From Octopus sinensis (lineage: Eukaryota), in the NCBI RefSeq assembly GCF_006345805.1, contig NC_043004.1, positions 11,036,001 to 11,100,000 of the forward strand: DNA of 64,000 bases, written 5' to 3'. The notes under the pieces were generated by a model that was given only the letters and a program-made list of their open reading frames with translations, was not told the DNA's origin and searched no databases. Each line of letters begins with the position of its first letter. Position 1 is the stretch's first letter. This document shows positions 52,365-64,000 of this stretch, in pieces. The position numbers and the translations under genes were made by a program.

Positions 52365-53359
52365 TATCAATATATATACATACACGAGTGTGTGTGTGTG
52401 TGTCTGTCTGCGCGCGCGCGAGTGTGTTTAAGCATTAATCAGAAATGGTTTTTAGGAAAAAATATCTACGTGAATGTACAATTAACTCATTTTAGTTATA
52501 TACAAGTTAATATTATACAGAGACAAACTAAATAAAGACGAGAGGAAAAAAACATATTTTGCGAGCTAACAGTGAAGAAAAAAAGACCATAAAATATCAT
52601 ATAAATATCATCATAAATCTTTATATGCGCATACATGTTTTACGGAGAGGCATACGGTCTCAGTTACTATTTAGTGCATGCGTATAGAACTCGAAGTAGT
52701 CATGTAAACCACAGATCGTAGCTACATATGTGCGTGACTGTGTGTGTGCCTGTGTGCGTGCGATTGGTTATTTGTGTGTTTGCGTGCACGCGTGTATTTG
52801 AATATGATTGTATCGTACATAGCTTAGATCAAACAACCGGTATGCAAATTAGAAAAATACGTAGGGATTTTGGAAATATTAGCTGGTATCGACTATTGAA
52901 GAGACAACTTGGTAATTAATGAAAATCAATAAAGCACCTTTGGGCAAGAACGTTGATAATATTTCAGTCACGTAGACAATGCGTGGTATATTATGTCGAT
53001 AACAAATTCACGAATCCTTTTATTTTCCCATGGGATATCATTAACTGTATGCAAAGCAACTGGATACGATTTGTTTATGCTATGGCGATTTAATGAGTAT
53101 TAAACGAACGAAATGCAACCCGATTCTCTCAGCGAATGCAAACATGATAGGATGTCAGCAAATGCTTTATTGCAATATGTGTGTGTGTGCGTGTGAATCC
53201 GATAGACATAGATATACACATATATACATATCTACACATATATGTATATCTACAAACATATGTGTATCTGTAATGTTGTTTATATTATATATATATATAT
53301 ATATATTCACATATATATGTTCAAACGTGTAATATGTATACATACAACATATATGTATG

Positions 53360-53413
<54 letters not shown>

Positions 53414-53756
53414 CATACATATATTCACATATATATGTATATAGTGTGTGCGTGCGAGGGCGCATGTGTATTTATGTATTTATATATATATGTGTGTGTG
53501 TGTGCATATATTTATATGTATATATATATACATATACATACATACACACCCGCGCATGCATATACACGCATATAAGATAATATGTATGTATAGATATATT
53601 TATCTGTCTATCCGTTTATTATTCATACACACACTGATGCACACACATGTTCACACATATATATACATAAATCTATATCTGGAGAGATTTCATTTTACAT
53701 TAACATGAGTGTTTATTTATGCATTTGTAATTGTATTTACGTATATATTCATGCCT

Positions 53757-53799
<43 letters not shown>

Positions 53800-53897
53800 G
53801 CGTGTGTGTATGTATGTATATGTTTATATATGTATTATATATATATATACATATATATGTATATATATGTTTATGTATATATAAGTATGTATGTATG

Positions 53898-53930
<33 letters not shown>

Positions 53931-55384
53931 TATATACAGTTGTATTGAATTATACATATTTACATGGAAACATACTCCCACAGACATCCACCCACACATG
54001 TACATATATACACAGGATACAGTATCAGCGAGATATATTTCAAAATGACAACCTCCCTGTGATGCTCTTTGTATTTTCAGTAAATCTAATGCCATTTTGT
54101 CGCAGGAAAGCTGGATGATAAACCATTGGCCCAGAATAAGATAAAAACACCAGCTTAACACGTTGCTTCCTCGCGGTTGATCCGAAAATATATGCAAAGG
54201 TTACTGGTGTCGTGGAGAAAAAATTCGAGCTATTTACGGCATGCTCAAAACATAAATGAGTGGGTTATAGCCAGGAAATTTTTTCGTTCTGTCTTGAAAA
54301 GACTACAATCCATGCAGAAAAATTAATATGTTTCTCAGGTATCTGATAAGAGATTCCACAAATACTTAATACATGAAATATTTCCTATAATGGAACTTGT
54401 AATAAGATGTATATAACCAGTGAATATAATACCAAGATAACGAAAATGTAGTGCTTACGAATTGACAAGTTTTATAAATCGTTAACATGGAATTTTTTGA
54501 CGTACCAGTGTACAAACCAATAGTTGGGCTGCTCGATTGTATGGTAAATGGTGTCAGTTACGTAGTGACGCATATAATTGAAACGGAAACAAAGCGGTAA
54601 TGGCTTAACATCGGTACAAATACACTTAGAATGTCGCATCATATCCCACCCGGCAACATTTCCTAAACTCCAATATGACTGCTCTTTTGTAAATCAAGTC
54701 TACATACCAAAGGACAATAACATCATGAGATTTGGAAAGGAGATTCTCAGAAATTATTCCCTACTCGCTAAATGATGTCGTTTGGCAGGTAACTAGGGTA
54801 TTAACACAAACTGTATTACGTCTTGTCAGCAGAAGAGTAGTTGCATCCACCATAGCAAAATCATGCATAAGCATATTGACACAAGGCTTCAAATGATTGC
54901 AACCTTGTAATATATCCTTGACTGAGTAAGCTATTCTGGATTGACAACACAGATGCCAGCTTTCATTTTGACAAATGTACTTTTGTAGTACATGAACAAA
55001 CAATAGCTACTACACACCTGATACATAAAAGAGATAGAGATACAGGTAAAACCTCTAGATGCAATAAACGCTGCTGGCTTTGTGAAATACATGTTGACGG
55101 TGTCACTCAAATAAAAAGAAGCTTGCGTGATATGTCTTCCGCAAAATGTGATATATGATATTATGGTTACGACACTGTAACATAAAGTCACTTGAATAGA
55201 ATAACCTGAGAAATAACTTGTAAGAAATGATACGAAATGCATGACTTCAGATTTGATAGAATAAATGTGGACTGTCCCTGTTAAGTACAATACATTAGAC
55301 ATAATGATCTGTCACAAAGAGAAGAAACTATGCACAGTAGGCGACAATCAGTTGCCAAGATATGCATATATGCTATTAAATCGT

Positions 55385-55705
55385 CATCATCCTCATCACC
55401 CAATGTTTTAAATTCGGGGTTTGTCCCCGTTAACAGGAGTAGCTGGATCTACCTCAATACCATAGCTACCGAGGTAGGCCGATGCGGTCCACCTCAACCT
55501 TTGGGCTGACTGGTGTCCATTCTCCTTTGCTATCACGAGGCTTTTTTGGGGGCTGGATTTTCTACGGAGAGCATGCCCTTGCTTACCCCCAACTTCCCTT
55601 TCTAGACATGAGTGGTCCCGAGACCAAGGCCTCTACCACGATCTTTAAGAAATGTAGTGGACAATTAGCCCAGGAAAGCAGGGAAGCTACTCCTTGAGAC
55701 TAGAT
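55385..55705 (-). mobile_element. Probable SINE-like retroposon
   Basis: GC-richer island; minus strand has gttgggggtaagcaagggcatgctctccgtagaaaatcc, resembling a widespread SINE central motif, and ends in (GAT)n. Confidence 0.45.
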
Positions 55706-56119
55706 GTTAAATGTTAACGTAAAATATAATATCTATGCCGAACTAATGGTATATATATGGAAGTACTCCATCCGAATTATAATTTTAGATTTCCACCAAT
55801 AGTAACTGGATCTGGGACACTTGGTTACATAAGAAAACATCTCATAACAATAACTTGGGAATATGGGATACACACACACGCACACATAAAGGAAAACTAC
55901 AGGAAGTACAGAGATAGTAATTACAAAATAATAGCTACAAACTACCAAAGGCACTGTTAAAGAATATAAAACATTCATGAAGTTTAGCATTAATAAGATC
56001 CATATACAGAATGGCTTCCACCATTACTGTACATGTGCACTTACATACGGACGTGCTATATTTGCGCATACATGAATACATGGATTCAGGTATACGTGTA
56101 TATCAATATGTATGTATTT

Positions 56120-56327
56120 ATGTAAGTATGTATGTATGTATGTATGCATGTATGTATGCATGTATGTATGTATGTATGTATATACAAACTTCACACAAAG
56201 AAAGTAATGGAGAGCTATGTGTGTGCGTATGAGAGAGAGCATCCATCCAGGGATACATCCGTAAATACATGCATACACACATGCATACATGCATACATAA
56301 ATATATACATAACACACACATACACGC

Positions 56328-56392
<65 letters not shown>

Positions 56393-56758
56393 ATGCATAT
56401 ATACATGCATACATACATACATACATACATGCATACATACATACATACATACATACATACATACATACATACATACATACATACATACATGCATAGAAGC
56501 CTATACTGTTTGTGGTTGACTAAATTCTTATAAAAGAGTCTTGCTTCCTAGCTAAAAGTCGGCTGTTTTAAGATTGCTAAGTAATTCGAAAAGCAAATAA
56601 AACGAAGAATAAACATACATTCATACATTCGTGTGTATACATAATTACATACATACATGCATACATATATGCATCATACATAAATATATATACGTATATA
56701 TATGCTGGTAGATGGAGAAACCGATAAGAAGATATATACACATACATATATATGTGCT

Positions 56759-56800
<42 letters not shown>

Positions 56801-56890
56801 CATATACATATATACATATATATATATATACATATATACATATATCTACATAATATATATCTATACTTATATATATATACATATATGTAT

Positions 56891-56940
<50 letters not shown>

Positions 56941-56941
56941 A

Positions 56942-57010
<69 letters not shown>
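56120..57010. repeat. Cluster of (ATGT/CATA)n and (TA)n microsatellites
   Basis: Read directly. Confidence 0.9.
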
Positions 57011-57949
57011 TGTGTGTATGTATATACATACATACAGCCCTAGAGAAATTTCTCCAGTTTCTGATTATAAGCTTTGAATTTGTATTTAAATGTTTCATTA
57101 TCTGTTATTCCGTTTTCTTTCATTACATTTTATTTTACTTCCTGTTGGGTTGTTTGTGTTATTTTTTTATTCACTTATTCTCACTTTTTAAAATTCGTTT
57201 CCTCTCAACCAGTAGTTGTTTTACTGGGGTTTTTTTTTGGGGGGGGGGTTATTTTTTTTCAAAAATAAAAGAACTACAAAAAAAAACTTTCTGAGATCAA
57301 ACGACAAAGAGGAAAATCATCCTACGGTTTTTTTTTATTTATCTTTTATTATTTTTTTTCAGAAATGATAGAATAATACGACACTAATAGTCTCTCAGTA
57401 GGATATGTTTATTGTGCGGGTGTGCCTTGTATGTATGTATTTGAGTTTCTGTTTACGCTTGTTTATTTAAACCTTTATATCTGGACATCCACTTATCTAT
57501 CATTTCTGCAATCTATTAACTTAAATATAACTTCACACACAGATTCACAGAAACACACATATATATATAACTTACACACACACACACGTGAGTGTGTGTG
57601 TGTGTGTTACATATATCTGTGTTGATCTGATCTATCTATCCATTCTATCAATATGTAAATATTTAATATTTCATCTAATAATTTATCGATTGTGTGTCTG
57701 ATATCGAACTCTGTTCTGTTGGGAGTTATTGTCTTCTATTTTTTTTCTTTTTTGGTTGTTGGGGTACTTTTTTGTCAATGAATAGTGTTTTGTCTTTATC
57801 GTAGATATGAGTCGTAGATTAATCAACAGGCGTTTCATTATTCTTCGTAGTTCGGAGGCGCTAGCTGGTTCTAAATAAAATATATAGCTAACTGTTTATG
57901 ATCAACGCATATACAGTCTATTCGGGCTAAGGTCGACAACTTGCATTGA

Positions 57950-58400
57950 AGGAGAAGAAAATAGTATTTCATCCTAAGATGAATAAGTCACAAAATATCA
58001 GCTGGTAGAAGTTTACTTTAACCGCCACCAGCTTCCATCACAGCCTGAAGTTTGCTTTGTAACGTGGCGCATGCGTTTCTTACTGTGACCCTGTAAAGAT
58101 CTTCGAACATCTCCTTGATCTTATACTGATGAGGGAATTAGGAGGTCAGAACATGTGATTGATGAAGTCGTAGTAACTGAGCGATAACCACTTCTGACTC
58201 TTTCTAAAGGATTGACAGGGTTCCGGATCTTGTCGCTACACATGTGGCCTTCTGGCAGCAACACCCGCCAGCTATGGTTCGACAAAATTCTCTAACTGTC
58301 TTAACTTTACCTTCTTCATAATTTGTTAGACGAATTGCTGCATGTGGATGCATCAAAACGCCTACTGCGTGCCTTTTTGTGGTCACGGACTCGTAGTTTC
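57950..58400 (-). pseudogene. DD37D (maT-type) transposase C-terminal remnant
   Basis: TIAGG...PHV*RQDPEPCQSFRKSQKWLS...F*PPNS and IKEMFEDLYRVTVRNACATLQSKLQAVMEAGGG*. Confidence 0.75.
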
Positions 58401-58440
58401 CGTTATAACTGCCGTGTCACGTCATACAGCCTTTGTATTG

Positions 58441-58767
58441 TGACCCAGTGGCTGGAGCGTCGGCTTACCGTCATGAGGTAACGGGTTCGATTCCCGGTCC
58501 GAGGTGTGTGTTGTGTTCTTGAACAAAATGCTTTATTTTACGTTGCTCCAGTTCACTCAGCTCTAGAAATGGGATGTGATGTCACTGGTGCTAAGCTATA
58601 TCAGCCTTTGCCTTTCCTTTGAGTAACATCAGTGGAGTGGAGAGGAGATGCTGGTATGCATGGGCGACTGCTGGTTTTACATAAACACACTTGTCCGGAC
58701 TTGTGCCTAGAAGGGGAACGTTTTGGCGCAATGCCATGGTCATTCATGATCGAAGGGGATTTTTACC
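58441..58767 (+). mobile_element. tRNA-derived SINE of a fourth family
   Basis: cccagtggctggagcg (A-box-like), gggttcgattccc (B box), central gtgttcttgaacaaaatgcttta...gttgctccagttcactcagct, tail ccatggtcattcatgatcgaagggg. Confidence 0.8.
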
Positions 58768-59074
58768 GTTTAGAGCATTGAACAACAATGGTAATATCGG
58801 TACTATGACACTCGGTGCGAATCTTCCTGATAGGTAACACTTTTTTTAATATTCAGATGGCTACTGGTCCTCCATATCACATAGGTTTTCTCAAGTACAT
58901 CTTCAGTCTGTATGCTGTTTACTCTTCTTCAATACATCAATCTGTTTCTGAAAAAAGAAGACTTGAGCAATCGTCAAAATGAACCCGAACAACTTCTATA
59001 TAGACTATGTAGTACAGGGTAACTAATATGATAACTTTATATTTGTAGTATCTTATAATAATTCTTCTTGCCAT

Positions 59075-60982
59075 TACCTTAGCCCGTCGCAAACGCTTTC
59101 ACGTGATTCGAAAAAGAGAGGGAGCAAGAAAAGGAGAAAGAAAAAGAAGGAGAACAAGAGTGAGAGAGAAGCGTCCATAGCGTGAGGTAGAGGGAATGTA
59201 ATTGCAACGCTTTCACGTGAGTTGTTGAAAGGAAAGAGAGGAGAAAGAAAAAGGAAAGAGAAAAAGAAAATAAGGCGAAGAGTGAGACAGAAAAGAGGGA
59301 GAAAGAAATATATATATATATATATAGAGAGAGAGAAGCATCCATGACGTGAGGTAGAGTGAAAGTAATATGTATTACGTGGTTAAAAAGTTAGTTGCAG
59401 GTAGAGGAGGAAAATTAAAAATACAATTTTAGCAGAGGGGTGATGTTCTGATTGTGGTTAAAGAATGGCAGAGAGAGAGCGAGAGAGAGAGAGAGAGAGA
59501 GAGAGGAGAGGGAAGAAGAAGAGAGAGGGGGAAGGGATAGGGAGAGAGAGGAGGAAAGAGAGAAGACGGGTGAGAGAAGAGGGGAGAGAGAGGACGGAGA
59601 GAATGACGGGGAGAGAGAGATGATGATGGTGGTGGTGGTGGTGATTGGACGGGGAAAAGTGCATTTTCTAAAAATTGAACTAAGTTTTTATATCAGCTAT
59701 CACTTAACGCATATAAATAAGTGCAATTCTGTGAAATATTCACGTTTTTTACGTGAAAGATATATGCAATTTAACTTTGTATCATATGTACAGGATATTT
59801 TTAATGGAAAAAATTGGAAAAATAAGAGTAAATATTAATTTTATGAGTGCTGTGTATTAAATATATAAAATTGTGTATAAAGTGTATTGTGTGTAAATAT
59901 AAATTGCAATAAGTAATCATTATATTTCAATCTCCTTCAATTTTCAATGAGTAGCAGATGAACAACCATCTTTCCATACAGACACAACACAGGCTACGCT
60001 TCAGTTTTATGTTATTTTTTTTATAAAGGCTTGAGAAATACGCCAATGTACTTAGAGTCATATGTATATGTTTATGTATACCATCAGTTCTGTTAAATAC
60101 TCACGGGTCCCGCTAATATTATAATAATTCTGCTTGTCATTGCGTTACAGAGCCAGTCTTTAACGCTTTCAGGTGATTAGCTGAAGGGAAAGAGGGAGAG
60201 AGAAAAAGGAGAGAGAAAAAGCGGATAAGCTAAAGAGTGAGACAGAAATAATATGAGGGAGAGAGAAGCGTCTATGATGTGAGTTAGCGGGAACGTAATG
60301 TTCATTACGTGGTTAAAAAGTTAGTTGAAGGTAGGGATATAGAGGAGGAGAGTTATATATATAATTTTAGCAGAGAGGTGATGTTCAGATGATGACGTTA
60401 AAGACAGGCAGTGAGAGAGGGGAGAGAGAGAGTATGGAGAAAGGAGGGAGAGAGGGGAAGAGATGCGGGCAAAGATATGGAGGGAGAGAAAGATGATGAA
60501 GGTGGTGGTGGTGGAGAAGGAGTTGGTGGTCATTGGATAATGAAAAGTGTATTTTTAAAAAATTGAACTAATTTTTTTTTATGTCACCCATCACTTAAGG
60601 CATGTGTATAAGTGCAATTCCGTGAAATATTCACGCTCATTAGCGTGGCAGATATATGCAATTTAACTAAAGGTTGTATCATATGTACGGGATTTTTTGT
60701 TTGTTTATGGAAAAAATGGGGAAATAAGAGTAAATATTTAATTTATGAGAGCTGTGTACTAAGTCTATAAAATGGTGTATAACGTATATCATGTGTATAT
60801 ATAAAGTGCATTAAGTTATCATCGTATTCCATTTCTTTCACTTTTCAATGAGTTGCAGATGAGCAACAATCTATCCATATGAACATAACACAAGTTACGC
60901 TCGCAGGTTTTTGGATGAAGTTTTCACAAATAACCCAAAAGGTTTACTATTAATTCCGTGAAATATTCACGTGTCCCGCTAG
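59075..60982 (+). mobile_element. Two tandem diverged Helitron-like non-autonomous units
   Basis: Units 59075-60116 and about 60160-60982 are collinear; unit 2 ends with hairpin CGTGAA-ata-TTCACG then gtcccgCTAG|T; unit 1 ends tcacgggtcccgCTAA. Confidence 0.7.
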
Positions 60983-60984
60983 TT

Positions 60985-61202
60985 GGTTTTAAATTTTGGT
61001 ACAAGGCCAGCTAGTTTGTAGAAAGAAGTAAGTCGATTACATCGACCCCAGTGCTCAACTGGTATTTATTTATCGAGTCTAGATGGATGAAAGGCGAAGT
61101 TCGAGCTCGGCGGAATTTGAACTCTGAACGTAAAGACGTACGAAAATACCACTGAGCAGAGCAGTTTGGCGACATTTTAACGATTCTGCCGCTTGCCGCC
61201 TT
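60985..61202 (-). mobile_element. aaggcggcgagctggcaga-family SINE
   Basis: gtcgattacatcgaccccag...ggcggaatttgaactc...gattctgccgcttgccgcctt. Confidence 0.8.
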
Positions 61203-61381
61203 TTCTTTTTGTAGTCTTAAGCTGGTGAGAGGTGTCTCTGTTAGTGGTGCTTCCGCTGCTTCATTTTACTGGGTTGCTCTGAAATGCAGGGTGGCTAGGA
61301 AATGCATCGCGGTGACTCATCTATTTGCCGAAACTCATTGATATAAATATTTACAAACACGCGCGCGCACGTGCACGTGCA

Positions 61382-61435
<54 letters not shown>

Positions 61436-61566
61436 TACACACACACAAGCACGCTCACACACAGAGACAAACACACACATATATATACACACACTGATAC
61501 GGTTATATAAGTCCTTTTTGCGCTTATATACGTATATATATGTATATCTGTGTGTAAATATATGTG

Positions 61567-61635
<69 letters not shown>

Positions 61636-62317
61636 CACACACATATATATAATTTTATATGCACATTTATATATTACATATACATACATATATGACTATG
61701 TCTATCTCCCTCTCTCTCTCTATCTATCAACTTTCAATATATATATATATGTATATTTCATATACAAGATGTCGGACACTTGAGGATGCACAGCATGAAT
61801 GATAACGTATATTGAGATAGCGGTTCAATTAGTTCCAAGTCAGTTGCTATACTTTGCTATAAATGCCTTTATTTACATTAATTCTACTTTGAAACAAATT
61901 GTGTATAAACAACCCGAAACAGCTTGCCCAATGATTAAGTGAATTATAAAAATAAAGTGATATATAAAAGGATGATATTGTCTGAAACAATAAATTTTGC
62001 AAGAAGAAAATTTGTTATGACGTTTTGTTTTCGTTTATTTATTTTTTTTATACATTTATTGAAGGGCATATGATCGATGGGCTAAAATTTTAGAATTATC
62101 CTACACGTCTCCGAATCATCTCCTATCAAAGGTACTGAGCTGTGTCATTATCAAGGTGCTTAATTCTCTGTAGGTCCTTACCGACTGTCAATTAAGAAAC
62201 AGTAGTCTAAAATGCTCGCGTCGATTCTCGATTCACTCTGCTTCCTCTGTAAATTTGGTACCTAATCGAAGCTGCTGTTCATTAGCTTCCGTTTAACCAT
62301 CCTGCTAGAAAATACGC

Positions 62318-62920
62318 CCCAATATATTTTCTATGACTGCATATATTTTCCAGATATTGTGATTGCAATGACACAATGAGGTCTCCCACACTTTTGAAAC
62401 CCATCACTAAGATCGCTTATTGCTACAACTATAAATATGTCATAAGCTTGTGGTGCTAAGGTTTGCACCTCCGGATAAAACGTGCAAGGTAACGAAGATA
62501 ACCAGGCTGGTTTGCCCAATATATTTTACACGAAACATTTCGATGAATTTAAAACGAAGTATTGGTTAAATTAATTCTGTTGAAATTAGGCGTATTAAAA
62601 AAATATACATAACGTAAATAACACACCCCAATATATTTTCTGTAACGGCATAACTTTTTCAGATATTGTGTTTGTAATGCTAAATGACCCCATGAGGTCT
62701 CCCACACTTTTGAAACCCATCACCGAAGATCTTTTATTGCAATAATCATAAATATGTCATTACCTTGTGTTGCTAGGGTTTGCACCTCCGGATAAAGCTT
62801 ACATGGAAACGAAGATAACCAGGTTGATTTGCTCAATATATTTTATACGAAACATTTCGATGAATTTAAAATGAAATAATATTTTAATTCTGTTTAGGTT
62901 AGATGTATTAAAAAATATAC
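62318..62920 (+). repeat. Diverged tandem duplication, period about 309 bp
   Basis: cccaatatattt at 62318 and 62627; shared blocks tgaggtctcccacacttttgaaacccatcac, tttgcacctccggataaa, cgaaacatttcgatgaatttaaaa. Confidence 0.92.
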
Positions 62921-62994
62921 ACAGCTGAAATATTCATTACACTCATAATTGCGAAAAGATAGAGAACCTCCTATAGGAATATTTAGTGACACGT

Positions 62995-63212
62995 AAATCA
63001 GTGAATTGCTAAAATCGTTAGCACGCACGGACAAAGGCTTAGCGGCGTTTCGTCTATCTTTACAGTCCAAGTTTAAACGCCTTCGGGCCCGACTTTGCGT
63101 TTTCTTCATTTCGTAGTCGATCAAATAAGTACCAGTTGAGCACTGGATTCAACGTAATCGACTTAGATAGACCCCTCCTCGAACTTGCGGGCCCTGTCCC
63201 AAAATTTGGGAC
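62995..63212 (+). mobile_element. Diverged aaggcggcgagctggcaga-family SINE
   Basis: aatcgttagcacg...gactttgcgttt...aaataagtaccagttgagcactgg. Confidence 0.7.
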
Positions 63213-63229
63213 ACTCATATATATATATG

Positions 63230-63313
<84 letters not shown>

Positions 63314-63321
63314 ATATATCA

Positions 63322-63425
63322 CCTTCACCTTGACCGACCAGTCCGTCGGGCGTCCATTTGACACCGCTGGTCACAGCACGCTGTCCACTCCTCTCTGGAT
63401 CGCGCCTTTCTCATCCACTTGATCC
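63322..63425 (-). mobile_element. Extreme 3' end of an RTE-type LINE
   Basis: Minus frame IKWMRKARSREEWTACCDQRCQMDARRTGRSR* resembles the W.R.A.dR..W end of RTE ORFs; tail ggtgaaggtga. Confidence 0.45.
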
Positions 63426-63539
63426 CAGTATATATGTATACATACATACATACATACATACATACATACATACATACATACATACATACATACATGCATA
63501 TATACATAAGTGCATATACCGACACATATATTGTGTATG

Positions 63540-63795
63540 GTGTCATTTGTTCCTTCTCGAGCCAAACCTGGCTCATAAGGGCCGGTTTCAATGGCGTATA
63601 GGTTTCCCACCTGCATAGGACGCCGGTACGTCGTGGCGAAAGAGTCAGCAGAAGTTCACGATTACCTTCTGTCGGAGCCGCGTGGAGCTTAGTTGTTCCG
63701 TTCATAAACACACGGATCGCCCGATCTGAGATTCAAACCCACGAACCCTCGACCGCTTGAAAGCTGCTCTCACCACTTGTTCATGTGCCTCCACT
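63540..63795 (-). mobile_element. OR-like SINE variant with a different tail
   Basis: Head gtggaggcacatgaacaagtggtgagagc...gggtttgaatctc, aagctccacgcggctcc, tail ggcccttatgagccaggtttggctcgagaaggaacaaa. Confidence 0.7.
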
Positions 63796-64000
63796 ATTTT
63801 GTGTGCGTGCTTTTGCAAAAATTCAACATACATTCATAATATTTGAAGAAAGATTCTCTTAAAAGTTATTAATAATATAAAATTATCTTTAATAAGAAAC
63901 AATGACACAGAGTCTTTTGAAAGGAATATTTCCCAGTTGAGATGAGCCATATATATATCCTTATCAGTTTCAGCTCAAAGTTGTGGCCATGCTGGGGCAC

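Noticed and set aside
54931-55302. 123-aa hydrophobic ORF as a membrane receptor
   Set aside because: Hydrophobicity is expected from a T-rich strand; I recognise no receptor motif, helix pattern or splice support.

Overview
AT-rich, repeat-dominated eukaryotic DNA. The SINE families and dense TA/CA/GATA microsatellites point to a coleoid cephalopod, most likely Octopus; this is recognition from memory, not a database result. I find no supportable host protein-coding exon, rRNA, tRNA gene or CRISPR array, and most ORFs in the track are microsatellite read-throughs. The window holds more than 20 tRNA-derived SINE copies of about four families and decayed Tc1/mariner transposons (DD34E, DD34D, three DD37D-type, one pogo/Tigger-type). 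It also holds a Penelope-like retroelement (PLE), RTE-type LINE 3' ends (one with three C2H2 fingers), non-autonomous Helitron-like elements, foldback elements and a 100-N gap. The most interesting signal is a set of minimal hammerhead-ribozyme motifs. Each family has a different non-canonical core and a different self-complementary stem III. One motif sits in a 155-bp fold-back that appears stitched together from nearby templates. A bipartite RTE-like non-coding element starts at the first G of a partial HDV-like fold. Nearly all transposase and LINE remnants face the minus strand, suggesting the window may be an intron of a plus-strand gene. All folds, alignments and identities were done by eye and need computational confirmation.
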